A DNA stretch of 64,000 nt from Massalongia carnosa (Eukaryota), in the NCBI GenBank assembly GCA_965645245.1, contig OZ287083.1:992001-1056000 (forward strand), given 5' to 3'. Both the position numbers and the translations under genes were made by a program. The notes under the pieces were generated by a model. That model was not told the origin of the DNA. It saw nothing but the letters and a program-made list of their open reading frames with translations, and made no database searches. Positions 1-13,512 of this stretch are shown here, piece after piece. Positions within the stretch are counted from its first letter, which is position 1. Each line of letters begins with the position of its first letter.

Positions 1-1101
1 GGAGCCTGCTATCTGTCCGTATCCCATCATAAGAGTTTCGGCTGCTTTTTCACTGTTCATGGGACCAAGCAGTGATAATTGGCGCGCATGAGGTCCATTA
101 GTTGACAAGCGACTTGGATCTTGGGAAATGTATTCTGAAGCTAACGTTTCTAAGGAGTTGTTGCTAGTGGTATAAAAATCTATGCTGCTTCTAGGCGTGC
201 CACTCATACTTATCGGTGACAGGATTCTAGTAATGGGTTTGAGCGATTCTGTAGCGTTGACAGACTCATTGTTTGGAGACGGAAATCTTAACGATGGATC
301 CACTAACTCGTATGGAGAGGTTTCAGAGTATGAAGCGACGGAATTTGGGAACCTGAAGCTTGGAGAGGTTGGCTCCAAAGCTTTTCGTTCAATGCTTGAA
401 CCATTCGTGCTTGTTTGCCCACTAGATTGTATCCTCACTCTAGCCTGAACCCTGGGATGATCAAAGGACACAGACGCTCCCAACGAAGAAGGTATCCCAG
501 CGACATATCCATTTGCTGCCGCTGTCAAAAACTATAATAAATAAGAATTCCGCAGAGAATCCTTACCCAATAATGCTCCCGGGTCTGCTCCATTCCTTCG
601 AGGCAAAACCTGCAAGCTGGCTGCCCGGTTGTGACTCCTGCCCGGACGATTGGTTCCCTGCGGTTGACCATCTGGATAACCATTTATGGGATTGGTCGCT
701 TCCCCTCCTAATGACACAATTGAAACCGATCTCTTGTGATTATGTCCTTTCGAGCTGAAGTCCTTCCATGGTTGTTCGGAAACCTCTGTGCTCTGGATAT
801 GCCTTGTGGCTACTGAAGAGCCGAGTGACCATGTAGGTCTATGTGCGGCAGTAATATGATGGAACGTCTTCGTAGTCGTTGCAGTGGGGCTTTGAAAGTG
901 ACCCGCCGGGATTTGTAAGGGCAGTGAGTTCTTCCATCGTCCTCGACCTGAACCAGCACTCTTTAGCCGGGGAATGGGCGATTGTGGTTGACGAGCGCGC
1001 GAAGTTTGAGAAACGTTTTTGAAAGTTATTTTACACTCAATCTCCTCACCCGCGAAAACCGTTGAGTTTTTCCATTGGACAAAGACTTGGATGTTGGACA
1101 T
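1..1101 (-). CDS. RGP1: Rgp1-family protein (Ric1-Rgp1 GEF subunit), 5' part; gene runs off the window start
   Basis: N-terminus MSNIQVFVQWKNSTVFAGEEIECKITFKNV is typical of fungal Rgp1; intron after ~560; downstream exon reaches ETLMMGYGQI near position 20. Confidence 0.8.
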
Positions 1102-1524
1102 CTGCACAAATTAGCGGAACAAGGCTCCGCTTGTGGAAAGTCTAGGGTCACGCTGCATGGAATAGCATTTTGACAGAGTACATAGTAAAGATATGACAGA
1201 CCGCATGCTTAAGTTTAGGCTATGTATAAAAGTACTTCAGACACTAAGTTGGGATTCGTTTTCATAACGTTTGCCTTGCTCCTATGCAGCGATGTTATAT
1301 ATAAACATAGATGCGTGTTGATAAAAAGCTGCTTCTACAAATACATCCTATACAAGAGCCGAGAAAAGTCGAGGGAAAATGTGTTTGAGTTGTGATCTAT
1401 GCACTTGCATGGTGAAGGGCCCTTGTATTGACCGTTGATATGGTTTTAGTTCGGTACTGAGTCAGTCCTTGAGGTTGTTGAACTCTGCGGCACAGTATCT
1501 CCCCTCAACACTTTGTATCCCTGC

Positions 1525-2589
1525 TCAGAGTATCCTCTCCGATAAAGGCGATGAAGAGCTAACTATTGAGCGCTCTTCTGTTGTCGGATCCAAATCCCAG
1601 GGAACCTTTCTAGTTTTCAACGCTCCAAGGATCTGTTCTCTTAAGGGGATGTTCCCTTCTGGGCTCTGTCCATTAGAACGCCGGTTAGCCTTTCCGACGC
1701 CCATAACCCTCCATTTCTTAGGCGGTTTTATTCCAATCTCGACCATTTGGCCCCATATGTTTTCCCCTCGCCGGTCCCATCTTCGCCGCCTCTCCGCCTC
1801 CTCCTCTTCATTGGCTTTCCACTTGCTCTTCAGTATCCTCCGGATGGCCTCCGGTGAAACCTGAAAATGTTCCGCAAGTACGGGAGTGGTATACTTATCT
1901 GGATACTGAGAGCGTAGAGTCCTGATCCCCTCAAGCGCATCTGGCGAAAGCCGCTTGCGAGGGGACCAGCCAGAAGAACCAAATTTCTTCAGCAGAGCCG
2001 TTTTCTGAACTTGCCACGCCTCGCGCGTGACGTATGAATGTGGTGAGTGGTTTCCCGTGGAAGCATGGGATTCCAATTTAGAACCTCTGCCTGCCGTGCT
2101 TCCTCCAGCAACCGAAAATGTGGTTGGGCGGCGGGCACTATAAGACTGTTCTTTGAGACCAGAGCTATCATATTTTCGCGCTGAAACCACGCTCCCATGG
2201 GCTTCAGTCTCTTCTTCATTCCAAAGTGCCTTTTCGGAATTTCGTATTACACGCCCATCTCTTGGCGTGCTAGCCTTGTATGATTTGGCGTGATCTTCGC
2301 CATAGATAGTATCAGATCGGTAGTTCCCCTTTCTTTTGGGCATGATGTGACGGGGTTGCTTGGTTTCAGGCCCATGGCAATGGACATAAATATCGTTAGT
2401 CTTGCCTGAGCCCTCCTGCAAAGGACATGAGACTTCGCTTGCTGCGAGTAAGCGGCTTGAATGGTATCGATATCTCCATTGTTCCCCTACTCTCCCTTGA
2501 GCAAACCATTCGAGTTTGCAGTGAAGGTGGTGTGTTAACAAGTTCCGAGGTGCTAGAGGTGCAATCGCTAGGGGGAGCACCGATTTCAT
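1525..2589 (-). CDS. RRG9: Neugrin-family mitochondrial protein Rrg9
   Basis: [16 protein letters not shown]...[25 protein letters not shown] signature; exact start uncertain. Confidence 0.85.
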   Translation of the reverse strand: MKSVLPLAIAPLAPRNLLTHHLHCKLEWFAQGRVGEQWRYRYHSSRLLAASEVSCPLQEGSGKTNDIYVHCHGPETKQPRHIMPKRKGNYRSDTIYGEDHAKSYKASTPRDGRVIRNSEKALWNEEETEAHGSVVSARKYDSSGLKEQSYSARRPTTFSVAGGSTAGRGSKLESHASTGNHSPHSYVTREAWQVQKTALLKKFGSSGWSPRKRLSPDALEGIRTLRSQYPDKYTTPVLAEHFQVSPEAIRRILKSKWKANEEEEAERRRRWDRRGENIWGQMVEIGIKPPKKWRVMGVGKANRRSNGQSPEGNIPLREQILGALKTRKVPWDLDPTTEERSIVSSSSPLSERIL

Positions 2590-2981
2590 TAAGGTCGGGA
2601 GAGTTTGGTGAATGCGAGGGCTGGAAGGGGTAGAGACAGGGTGGAGGAAAGAGTCGATGGAAAGAAAAGTGAAAATATTCGTTCTCTCCAGCGGGCCTTT
2701 ATGTACTTTAGACCATTCCCAGTCCTATCCATAACAATTACTCGAGTATTCATATTCTATAGAGTCCAATTGAGAGATCATCTCACTCGGTACACCCTTG
2801 ACATTTCTCACGTGTTCTCTTCGTGTTTTCATTTCTCCATGCACTTTACTTCGTAAAGCAAGAATATTCGGTGTAGAATCGAAGCTTCAGAGCATCAGCT
2901 TATGATGTGGTAGGTCGATGATTCGTCGTTGCTTTGCCATTCCCGGACTTCCCGACTCCGCATCAACTCTCCATTGCCAGG

Positions 2982-5900
2982 ATGAGCACTCTCACCCCAA
3001 AAAGTCGCTTCTATCCAAGTCGTGGTGCTAGAAGATCCTCTCAAGAAGACCTTGGCGTCCACCTTGGCTTGAAAACGGTAATTGGGACTACGACCTCCAC
3101 GCCCAATGCTTTCGATTACCTTCCTGAGAACAATGTGTTTGCAGTCTGTGCCGGCTCAGCGGTTATCGTGGGTCAGGTAGATGCGGATACCAACGTTAAA
3201 CAACGTCTCTTTCGTGCTAGACCAAATGCACGACCAGTCAACGAAATATCTTCTTATTACAACGCCTCTACGCCGCCTGCCACAGTATCAAGAAGCCGAT
3301 TGGCTTCGTCTCTGAGAGACGGCGGCTACGGGGGAGGTTACGCTGTGGAAGACATTGCTACAGAATCCCCCAGCGCGAATCAATTAAGTAAACGTACCAG
3401 AGAGACAACCTGTATCTCATTAAGCGCTCAGGGAAATCTCTTGGCCGTAGGCGAGGTGAGCTCGTTGAGATCGAACTCGTGGTCCGCCAATCTCTAGCTC
3501 ACATATCAAGAGAGGGAAAACTCCTCGAGTACTTATATTTTCTACTGCTGCTGATGCTTCGTCGGAATTTCCTCTCTCTATTTTAACCGACCACAGTTTC
3601 GGCGTTCGTTCGGTCGCGTTCTCCCCCGATTCGCGCTGGCTATGTTCGCTGGGCGACCTACACGACGGGTTCCTCTATTTGTGGGCTGTTCACGAGAAGA
3701 GCGGTGCTGGCAAGCTGCAAGCAAGCAATAAATGCCAAAATGCTCATGATATTGCTTGGGTTGGGCGCCATCTCGTAAGCTTTGGAACTCGCCATGTAAA
3801 GGTATGGAGTCTTGAAGAGATCCCCCCTGCTTCGCCGTCGAAGACGCGCTACGAATACGACAGCCTGGTTGAGAAGAAAAATAACTGCGTTGGACCAAAA
3901 ACCTTCTGTGGTAGAAACTGCCTACTAGGTCCTCTAATAGACGCTGTCTTTACCTGCCTAGTATCTATATCTGATTCCAAAGCGATTTTATGTACTGATC
4001 AAGGTGATGTATGTTTGCTGCGACTTGATCAGGTTGGTCGGACTCAGCGCCTTCATAGAGTTGCAAAAGTTGATTTCAGCGTGACTTGCGTTACGGTAGA
4101 GAAAAGCGACCAGCTCGTATGGGTCGCTGGGAAGAACTACAAGATTGAGGCATTGGCGTTATGTGATCTGGATCGTGCTGTGGTTCCTTCGAGTTCCCCT
4201 CGATCTTTCACAGCCTCTGCTCCACGATGCAGCATGATTCAGGAGATGGAGCAAGGTATTTTGGCCATCGGTATGGTGCTGGGCCGGATTGTCACCATCG
4301 ATTCCGCTCACATCATTGAAATAAAGGATATCGAAAAGAGTGGTGATGCCGGTACAAACATCGGTAAAATGACTCGGCTGCCTGCTCATAGTAGTCCTGT
4401 TCTTGGAGTCACAATACTTCAGCGACCTAATGCTCATGAATCTGATTTTCTCACCTGGTCTACCAATGGTACTGTCTTTTTTTGGACATTAGAAGGTGCA
4501 TGTCAGGATGAGATAAATGTTGAACTAGACCCCCCATCCCACCAAAATGATCAAGAAAGCAACGAATTGAGAGTCTTCCGGGCCGCCGATTGCAATGACT
4601 TTTTCGTATCGGGGGACAAGGAAGGTTTTTTGAGGTATGTTCAAAACACTCCGGCGGAGCATATTGCTCATTCATTATTCCAGGCTCATCAACCACCGAG
4701 GGGATAATGTTTTTACCATAAAAGCTCATAACGGCGACGTTAACGACGTTGCAATAAATAGAGGACGCCTTGATGGTGTTCTCGTAGTGTCTTGCGGCAG
4801 AGACAGGACCTTACAACTTTTCCAGAGCACTAGCGAGAAGCTAATTCTTCTTCAAACTATTCTAGATCATGTTGCTTCTGTGAACAATGTTGTGTTTTCG
4901 AACGAGTCAACACTACTCTCCGCCTCCTCGGATCGAACAATCTGCGTACGGACTTTAGCGGTTGGAACGGATCAATCGTACGCTCTTGTAGTAACGCGAA
5001 TTATAGCCCTTAAGGCAAGTCCCATTACTCTCGCAGTCGTGCCCAACCATTCAGATATAGTAGTCATCTCAACCATGGACAGACAAATTCATAAGTATGA
5101 TATTATCTCTGGGCGCTCTATACATGCTTTCAAAGCTTCAGACACTCCAGGAGGGGACTCTGTAATCCTGGGCTCTCTCTCAGCGCAAAATGTTGGTGGC
5201 GGCAGCGCTGGTGATCCAAATACTTGCGTGCTTCTAGGAGTGTCTTCATCGGACAGGTCAATCAGAATATATGACTATGACACCGGCTTGATGCTTGCCA
5301 AGGAGCACGGACAAACAGTGGTTAGTAGCATCGGTTTCGCTCAACGAACCAGTGAAAGCGGCTGTGCTACCAATAGTGTTGTCAGCACTGGTTTGGATGG
5401 CACGGTGATGATATGGGATCTGGCCATACGATCACAGCAATTGAATGGATCCTGTGAGATTTCAACCCGAACTCAAAATATAGATCCTTTGGCGTCACCT
5501 ATATCGATCCAGCCACTCCGACGGATTCTATCTAAAGCCGAACTCTCGGGTTTCCAGCATTCATTAGAGAGGGCAGGAGACTCTATTAGTCCAACAAAAA
5601 GCCGGTCTCCATCACGGCTTCACAAGAAAACATCCCGGTATAATATGGTCAACACACCCAAAGTCGCCGTCCAACCCCGAGCTACGCACAAAGCCCTCCG
5701 CCCTTCATTAGCAGCGAGTTCTGATCACAGACAAGCGCCACAAGATCGATCACCTACTCCACCGAGCCCAAAAATGACAATAATCACAAATACCAGGCGC
5801 TCTTCTCTAGATGGGCGTCACCGCGTTAAGAGTACCGGGAATCAGTCCTCTAATCTTAACCTGGCTGCGGAACACATCTGCACCTCGCTGCGGTTGTACC

Positions 5901-6166
5901 GCAAACGACTGAGCTCATCGACAGGAAGCCTTAAGCCGCACACGGCACAAGAACTCGAGCGTGAGCTGAAACTTACCATCCACGCCATAGACGAGCAGAC
6001 GAGACGAAGCCAAGTCGCAAATGGGATGATCACGGGAGATCTACTGGATGAGTATCTTGCTCGCATGATCGACGAGAGGCTTGCCATCAAGGCGAAATCG
6101 GTAGACGCGCAGGACGTGAGCGCTGAAACTAAAATAGCGGACGAAGCCAGTCCTCCCAAAGGATAG
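2982..6166 (+). CDS. WD40-repeat protein, MAPKBP1/WDR62-like, spliced (introns ~3456-3510 and ~4636-4683)
   Basis: LKTVIGTTT N-terminus, LLAVGE, multiple WD repeats (SCGRDRTLQLF, SASSDRTI, STGLDGTVMIWD), S/P-rich tail. Confidence 0.75.
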
Positions 6167-6848
6167 GTACGGCCGAGTAACTTATGCACGAGCTATGGCA
6201 TGCATCCCGTATGCGATTTGTCATTAGGGTTTACTCTCTAGGTGAGAAGGAGCCTTAGGGGAAGGGTTTTGCGATTTTGGGTGAGGATGTATAGGGGTTT
6301 CGATAGGGGGTACTTTGGTGGACGGCGCTTGTACGAGTACTCGTACATAGATGGAACCATCCGAAGAATTGGCACTTATGCTTAAGCAAATGAATCATGA
6401 TCCTCATGGCTTTGTGGGAACAAGGAAGCTGCATGCATTCATACTCGATCTACGTCGTCTTCAACAGTCGGTCTGCCTTTTCCCATGGAGCGCTCAAGGG
6501 GCTATTTTTTCTTTCCAGACCCGGGAATCCGTTTCGTCAAAGATTGCATCTCTCCATCTTTACCTTGTGTCTATATCTCTGCATTAACAATCACCGCTAT
6601 GAAACCAAGTCAAGTGTTCGATTTTGGCCCCCTGAAAGCATGGTATTCACTGCGTCACTAGATAAATACTTCGTATAGCACTAGCCGCCAGGTCTCATGA
6701 ATCCATCCCCTGCCCCCTTCAAAGGTGAGAGTCTAAAGCTAGTATCGTCCTGCCAAATAAATACGAGCGCTGTTTCGAAGCAAAAGACACTAGGGGTTTT
6801 TTGGGGGGGTGGGCAAATCCGCCGCACTATTCTCCGCTCGCTGCCGAA

Positions 6849-9800
6849 TCACCCACCCCACGTCAGCCCTGTGAACTTATGTTGTAGCAGCGCATACAGC
6901 GCGCCTCCATCATCGCTCAGCTGCGCCACGCTCAACGCCTTCTCCGCCCATCGCCGGCACTCGGCGTCTTGGGAGGCACTGTAGAAATCCACCGTCTTAT
7001 TGTACGTTGTCGTAGCGATCCATTCGAGTTCTTCGGCGGGGTATGGCTTGGAGGACTGTTGCATGGAATCAGGATTGCAACTATCAGGGCGGAACGGGGA
7101 AGCACAGTTGGTTTTTGCCAAGGGAGGGAGGGCAGGCATAACCATGATAACGAGATCTACCGACTAACCTTCTTCGCATCTCCCGCGATGGTGACGACCT
7201 GGTCCAGCAAATGCTCCACCATGTCGAATCTGGACGTAAGGGCTAGCGAGAATAAGCAGCGAATCCAACGTGAGAGCTTTTCAATGTCGCTGGCCTCAAG
7301 TCGCCAGGTGGCGTTGATGATTTGCTTCCGTAGCCGTCAATGATGGGAAATTTATACCAAGGCTCGTAACAGGCAAACCCACCTGTAACGTTGCGATGAT
7401 GACTATTCCAGTCAGCATTTAACCAGTTCAATCAAATAGGAAGGAGAGTGCACCGTGGCTTGGCGCAGCAGATGATAATATAATATCAGCTGCAATACTG
7501 TAGATCTTATAATCTCGGCATTCCTGAAAATCCTTCCCCCGTAAGAATTAGCGATATAGGTAGGTTATAATCCTTATCGGGAACTAATTACTTGGATAAG
7601 CTGGTCTAAGCTGTCCCAGGATTCCAGTCCTACTGCAGCCTCCATGTCAAAAGCTAAGAGACACGAGTACTTGCACAGGAGATCAGTCACGGTGCCATCT
7701 TGCTGCCAAGTAAGGTGCTGCGGCAGCTGTGTTCGAAAATCGTCCACATATTTGCGGACATCTCCATAGTGTTGCAGCTAACAACGATTAGCTTCGATAT
7801 AAAAGTACCGCGTAGCAGCGATACGTACTTGAGTTTCTATTTGGCTCTCATTTCGTGCCATTACCACCAATAGTGAGCTACCGAGGAAACTGCAAAACTG
7901 CCTGTGAAGTGAAAGATCTGCGGTAATGTTGGTATCCATATCAGTAGGAAACAGGTCAATGAACTAAAAAAGCGTCAGCCAAGGAGTTTTAGGATAATCC
8001 GAACGATTACCTTGAGACACGCTCGAACCAAACGTAACGTCTGCGGTGGATCCCAATGGGTGCAGACTTTAACAGCGAGATTATAACTTTTCCTAGAGAA
8101 CCAGCTAAGCTCTGCTGAAGGGAATAGCTGAAGCCCTGGGATTCCTGCTGAGCATTGCGCATGGGCAGCAGCTTCCAAAGTCATTTTCTAGAAGCCTATG
8201 CAGATAACCTGACCCACCTGCATCAAAGAGTTGACAGACTTCATTGGCTATGTCTTTGGCCTCGGTATCTTCGTTTTCGATTTCTCGAAGGAGAAGACTA
8301 GCAGTACATCTGATTAAATGAGTAAATTTGGCGTGAGATAGGTATGTTTGGGCATACCGGATAGTCGTTGGGAGATGGACTAAATCTGGAGCTTCCCCAG
8401 CAAAGGTGCTAGGAACCCGTTGTAAAGCCTTAATGGTTAAAATATGTTCCCCTGCCTGTTGGGCCTCCAATACACATGCATAAAGCACTGTGAAGTTTTG
8501 TGGGCAGCCGGAGATGCTGTCAAGGCACTCAATAGCTGATCAATGCTAGCGTTAGGAGAAGCTGGACCCGTAACCCGCAACCCGTACGAGTACTTACCAA
8601 GCTCTTGATTTTTGCTTCTCAATGCTATTTTGTAAAGTAAATACTGGGTCGAGGGATCGCGTTGATTTATTTGGGACATCTGCGTATATATCTCGCGAGC
8701 TTGCACCAGATTTGACATGCCAAGGGCGCAGAGCATCAGTTTTCTAGTTAGGGTGAGACACAAATCATGTCTTAAACAAAAGGTGCGGATATACCTTTGA
8801 AGTTTACCTACATTGAGAATTCCGGAATTGTCAAATATTTCATGCAGCGCGAGACGGCACCACACCTCCGCACGTTCGTAAACCTGCTGGGTGAAACTGG
8901 CTGCTATCCGTTTCCATAAAAGCTGTTTGAAGATTAGCCGAACGAGAGGATACCTTAACCACCTACTTTGTAAAATTGGAGTGAAGCGTACAATGTGTGC
9001 TGCATGGGTTGCAGGAGGGCTTATTGATTTCTGGAGGCCAGTAAACACAGAGTCAAGCACATTGGACAACAAACTTGGCGCCTCCGCGAAATCTGCCGAA
9101 GCTGTACAATTCCAAGTCATGGTGAGGAGGACGTTCTCCAACCAAACCAACTCTTCAGAATCAACTAGTCTTTCCAAGAGAAGAGTCTCAAGGCTCGTAT
9201 GCGCCATAAGTGGATCTTGTTCTCGAAGTTTATATACATGATGTAAGATCGTCTTCAAGTTTGAATCCGTAAGATGTACACTACGGGTAATCTGTTGAAG
9301 TATACCGCAATATTCTTTGGCAGACGACGATGGTTCAAGGGCGTAAAGCTCAAGCTTCAGTAAAAGGACCACCAGTCTTTTTTCAAAACTAACTTCGAGT
9401 TCACCGACGATGTTCCATGCTTTGTTTCTGTTTTCGGGGCCTGGGAGTTTGACGAGCGCCCTTGCCAAAAGATGCATTATGCTGGCCTGAAGTTCTCCAG
9501 CGTCACTACTTCGGACCTCTCGATCTTGACCTGCGAGGACATCGTACGCCTTTTCCAACCACGATACTGCTCCCACAAATGACGATTTCTTCCACTCGCT
9601 ATTACCAATTTCGAACAGTAGGTCCGCTAGAGTCTCGGCAAATGAGTTATCAAGCTCCTTCACTGTTGAACCTAGCTTCGTAAACATCAGCTCTGCGAGG
9701 TCCAGGCGATTTTGTTGCCATGCCTGTCCCTTGTCAATCAACAGTAGCAATAGCTGACAGCACATCGGGGAGTTTGAAGCTTACCAGTGCTATTCGTAAG

Positions 9801-10556
9801 GCTTGGTATTCTTTTGATAAACGCTCTATGGGTACCGCTGATTCATAATCAGTGTAAACGCCTGTTCTTGTAAGCTTTTCTTCGTAGAAAGCCGCCCTTT
9901 CCACCACACGTTCAGCTAAGCTGAGTTGATGCTGATCTAATCCTCATTAACCCCCTAAAGCAAGTAGCAAAAAGCCAACATTGTTACAAACCCAAACAGT
10001 ACTTGGACGCTCTAAGGGTCAATCTCAGAACTCGAACATTATCTAAGGTTGGTGTCAGACATCAAATGCGTATGCACCTTGGCCCGAATCATCTCACTCG
10101 GGTTAGCGTCTTCAGTCCATCGCTGCGCACAATCCAGGAGCAAACATGAAAAGACTCGCACTGTGCTTGTAAGTTAAAGCGATGGAAGAGCAGAGCAACA
10201 GACGATACATAGACAGGTTAGCTCGGAATTTATAGAGCGACCCTTGCCGTGCTTGGAGATTAGATTCCACAACTTGGTTCCTTGGCTGTCCAGTTCACGA
10301 TACTTGCTTGCCGAAGATGTCTTTGAAATCAAAAGGACAGCGTCGACATGTTTGTAAAGATCGGTGGCGAGAGAAGAGGACGGAATGATGTCCGCACTCA
10401 ACCTTTCTTCCAGGTCTTTGGCAAACGCTGTAATGGTCAGCTCGGAGGACGATGGTAGACGATTTCCTTGAGCCGAAGTTATGCCAGAAAGTAAGACTGA
10501 CCAAGTGCGGCGGTAAGTCGATGTTCTTTTTCCACGCGTTTGGTAACAGATCCCAT
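6849..10556 (-). CDS. SPO22: Meiosis-specific TPR protein Spo22/Zip4, multi-exon
   Basis: AWQQNRLDLAELMF...LADLLFEIG...WLEKAYD SPO22 region; C-terminal YPAEELEWIATTTYNKTVDFY...CRRWAEKAL; many GT-AG introns; not every exon traced. Confidence 0.8.
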
Positions 10557-11044
10557 TCCTGCGGCGGCAGTGAAGCCGCGAGAACGGCGAAAACTCGAGC
10601 AATTTCATAGTACTCTCGTATTGTGAGGAACGACCATACGAAACCCTTAGCGGGTAGAGCCTAAATAAAATCAGGCAAGGTACCCAGTACCTCGTACCGT
10701 TTCTGGTACACAATCTGTAAAGTTACCATTCCAGAAAACAGGCGGTTGGAAGGAGACTTTGGGGGCATCAGCAGTACCCCAACTCCATTCAATTAGCTAC
10801 CTCATCTTTGGTACGCAATTAGTTATTTGAGAATCGTGCGATGATAGGTACTTAACAGAGGCCAATGAGGGCCCCAAGCGAGCAAGTCGGAACGGGTACA
10901 GAGGTATTCGTACATCATAGAAATCATCCTACATAACCCTTGATTCAATCAAGCTTGTCATCCGTTTGATACAAAACCAGCCCATCCAAAATGAGACGCC
11001 TGACACCGCTCTTCCATGCTTTTCCAGGAGAAAAATTATCCGAA

Positions 11045-13064
11045 TTACCCCTTGCTTGGTTTCATGGGTAGAAAGTTGCCTACAATAAGGGAAGGACTTG
11101 TACAGTTTTAGAATTATGCAAACGCCCTCGGAATGGATAGACGTACATATTGTGGGTATCTCGTCGAATGGTAAACGAAAAGCAACAACGGATCTCGGGG
11201 TCTGTGGACTTCAGGTCTGGATTCTTCAAAGAACAACTGGTCAATAACGCTTTTTGTGAATTATCAAAGGCAATAGCTTCGAACTTTTCCCAGTAGCTCA
11301 CAAGATGATCTTCTACAATGATCTCGTGGATGGCCAACTTTCCCTGAAACAACATTAATTAGCCAGAGAGACGCTCCCTTGACTTTTCGCCGTTTGACTT
11401 ACGTCTCGAAGATTCTCGATCGGTACGTGAATGAGTTGCGCCATTTCCTTGTTGCCTCGAAAAATCTCTCCTGTTCTCCTCCAACAGCACGCAGGAACTG
11501 CCATGCTAGCAAATACTCGATCGTATTCCATCAAGCTTCTCTCAAACCACATTTCCACAAGCACCAACTCAATATCTGTCAAACTTTGCATTCGTTCCCG
11601 GAATTTGGGCCGGAACCTGTCAAGTTGCCTCAGAATTTTCTGGCGAGAGCTTGGCTGCATATTCTGCTCCATGTAGCGGTTCAATCGCAAGTAGCCCTTG
11701 ACGTAGTTGAAGGGCCGTAGCATTCCCGCATCATACTTGGCTTTTAGTAGTTTGTTCATGCGCTCCTCAGGGGCGTCACTGCCAGATGGGTCCGCTGCGG
11801 TCATGTAGTAGGTCTCCCGAGCTTTATCGATCGGCATGATAATTATAGGTTTCAGGGTATCGCTTCCAGGTGCGAGCAAAGCGGTTGGGGTGCCTTCTTT
11901 CTGGCTAAGCTGCTGAGCCCCAAAATACTGCCTACCGCTGCCGTTTGGAGGTGTGGGGACAGGATTGAGGTTGGGTGGACCAGAGTACAGACTGGGGGGT
12001 TCGTCGCTCGTGAAGGGTGCCGCGTCGTCAAGTAAGCTGGAACTGAGAAAGTCGTTAAGGAGGTTATATTCATTAGTGACCTCTGGTGCGTTGAACATAT
12101 ATGATGGATGAAGGCTGTGCATGTCCTGAAATTGGTTTTGTCCTCCAAGACTCCAGTCGCTGTAACCCAAGACTGGAACCAGGTTAGCAATTTCCAGAAT
12201 CTCCCGTCCCAAGTATCTGGCATGTTACCCACAAGGTTGACTTTTGGTCCCTTGCCCCTTACTTTGAGTTCCAGACGTTGATGGGGAAAGGGCGAGCTGC
12301 GACAAATCTCTTTGACCATTTATAGGTGACGTTGTTGTCGTCACAGTCACTCCTACCTTGTGTATCAATTTAGGCTCCTCTTGTCGTGCTTCGATTGAGG
12401 ATGGGCGGTCGGAGGGCATTTCCTCGGGCTTGAGCGAATCGTCGTTCTCCCTCGCCACCGTATCCTGCTCACCCTTGACAGCCCTCACAGGCTCCCGTGG
12501 TTCATCATGGCATAGGTGGCTAATATTGCGTTTGACGCATCTTGTACATGGGCGTTCCTGTGTATCCATGTGATCCAAAAATCAGTCAAGTGCCACCAAC
12601 CGGGTGCGCAGTCAGGCACCAACCCAATGAGAGGGCTTACCAAGTCGCATGTCATATGCTGTTATTGGCACAGCAACATCTTGGGAATCAGTCCTTCCGT
12701 CCAAGGCCCACTAATGTCAAAAAATGGGAAGACGCCGTGTAGCAAAGGGGGTGCAGAGACGAGAGCATTTGGGGGAAAGCAGCGAGAGGAGCGGTAGCTC
12801 ACCGAACGTCGGCAGTAAATACATGCTGATATATAGATGCGTATGTGTCAGCGCATGATTCGAATGTGAGGAAAAGTCCAAAACCGAAGCATGCCGATCT
12901 ACCCTACCATGATTGACCTTGCGCCGCTTCTTCGGGCTCGTGCTTCTTGTGCTCTCATCCTGCGGACTAACCGCCGGTTGGGCATGCGGGCTTCCATCGA
13001 TTTCCATTACATTACCTGTCCGTTTATCCGGTCCTCCATTCCTTTGGGTAGCTTGATGTTCCAC
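11045..13064 (-). CDS. acuM: Zn(II)2Cys6 transcription factor AcuM/Rds2 (gluconeogenesis regulator) with C-terminal PAS-like region
   Basis: Spliced KKRRKVNHACIYCRRSHMTCDLERPCTRCVKRNISHLCHDEPRE; FNYVKGYLRL; VPACCWRRTGEIFRGNKE; CCFSFTIRRD. Confidence 0.88.
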
Positions 13065-13512
13065 GATTGGAAAACAAGCAGAAAAGACTACTCAATTGAT
13101 TACCGTTTAGAAGCAAGCGACTCACGACATGGTTTGGGGGGATTTTTTTATTTTGGGGAGGGGACACCGGAAAGAAGAGGGGTTGTTGTGCACGCGACGC
13201 TGATATGTTCAGTCGTTAATACGGAGTACTTCATACAAGAATAGGTATCTAACTACTCTATACAGAGTACTCATTCATCATAACGACGGGCAACAGCATA
13301 CAGATTAATGAAGGCAAGGTGAACAAAATAGAAATTGCACGGTTAGTCATTGTTACTGTCTATCGTAGTTCTAGCTGTGTCAACTCCATCCATTTAGATA
13401 TATAGATACCACTCTGAGCGAAACGACAGAGTACGGAGTAGTAGTACGGAGTAATGTAGCGTACTTAGCTCGCCGAGGTACTCCGTATGACTGCACAATA
13501 CGGATACAGAGC

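Noticed and set aside
13420..13490. CRISPR-like or satellite array
   Set aside because: Units are 7-9 bp, irregular and without spacers; eukaryotic context with no cas genes
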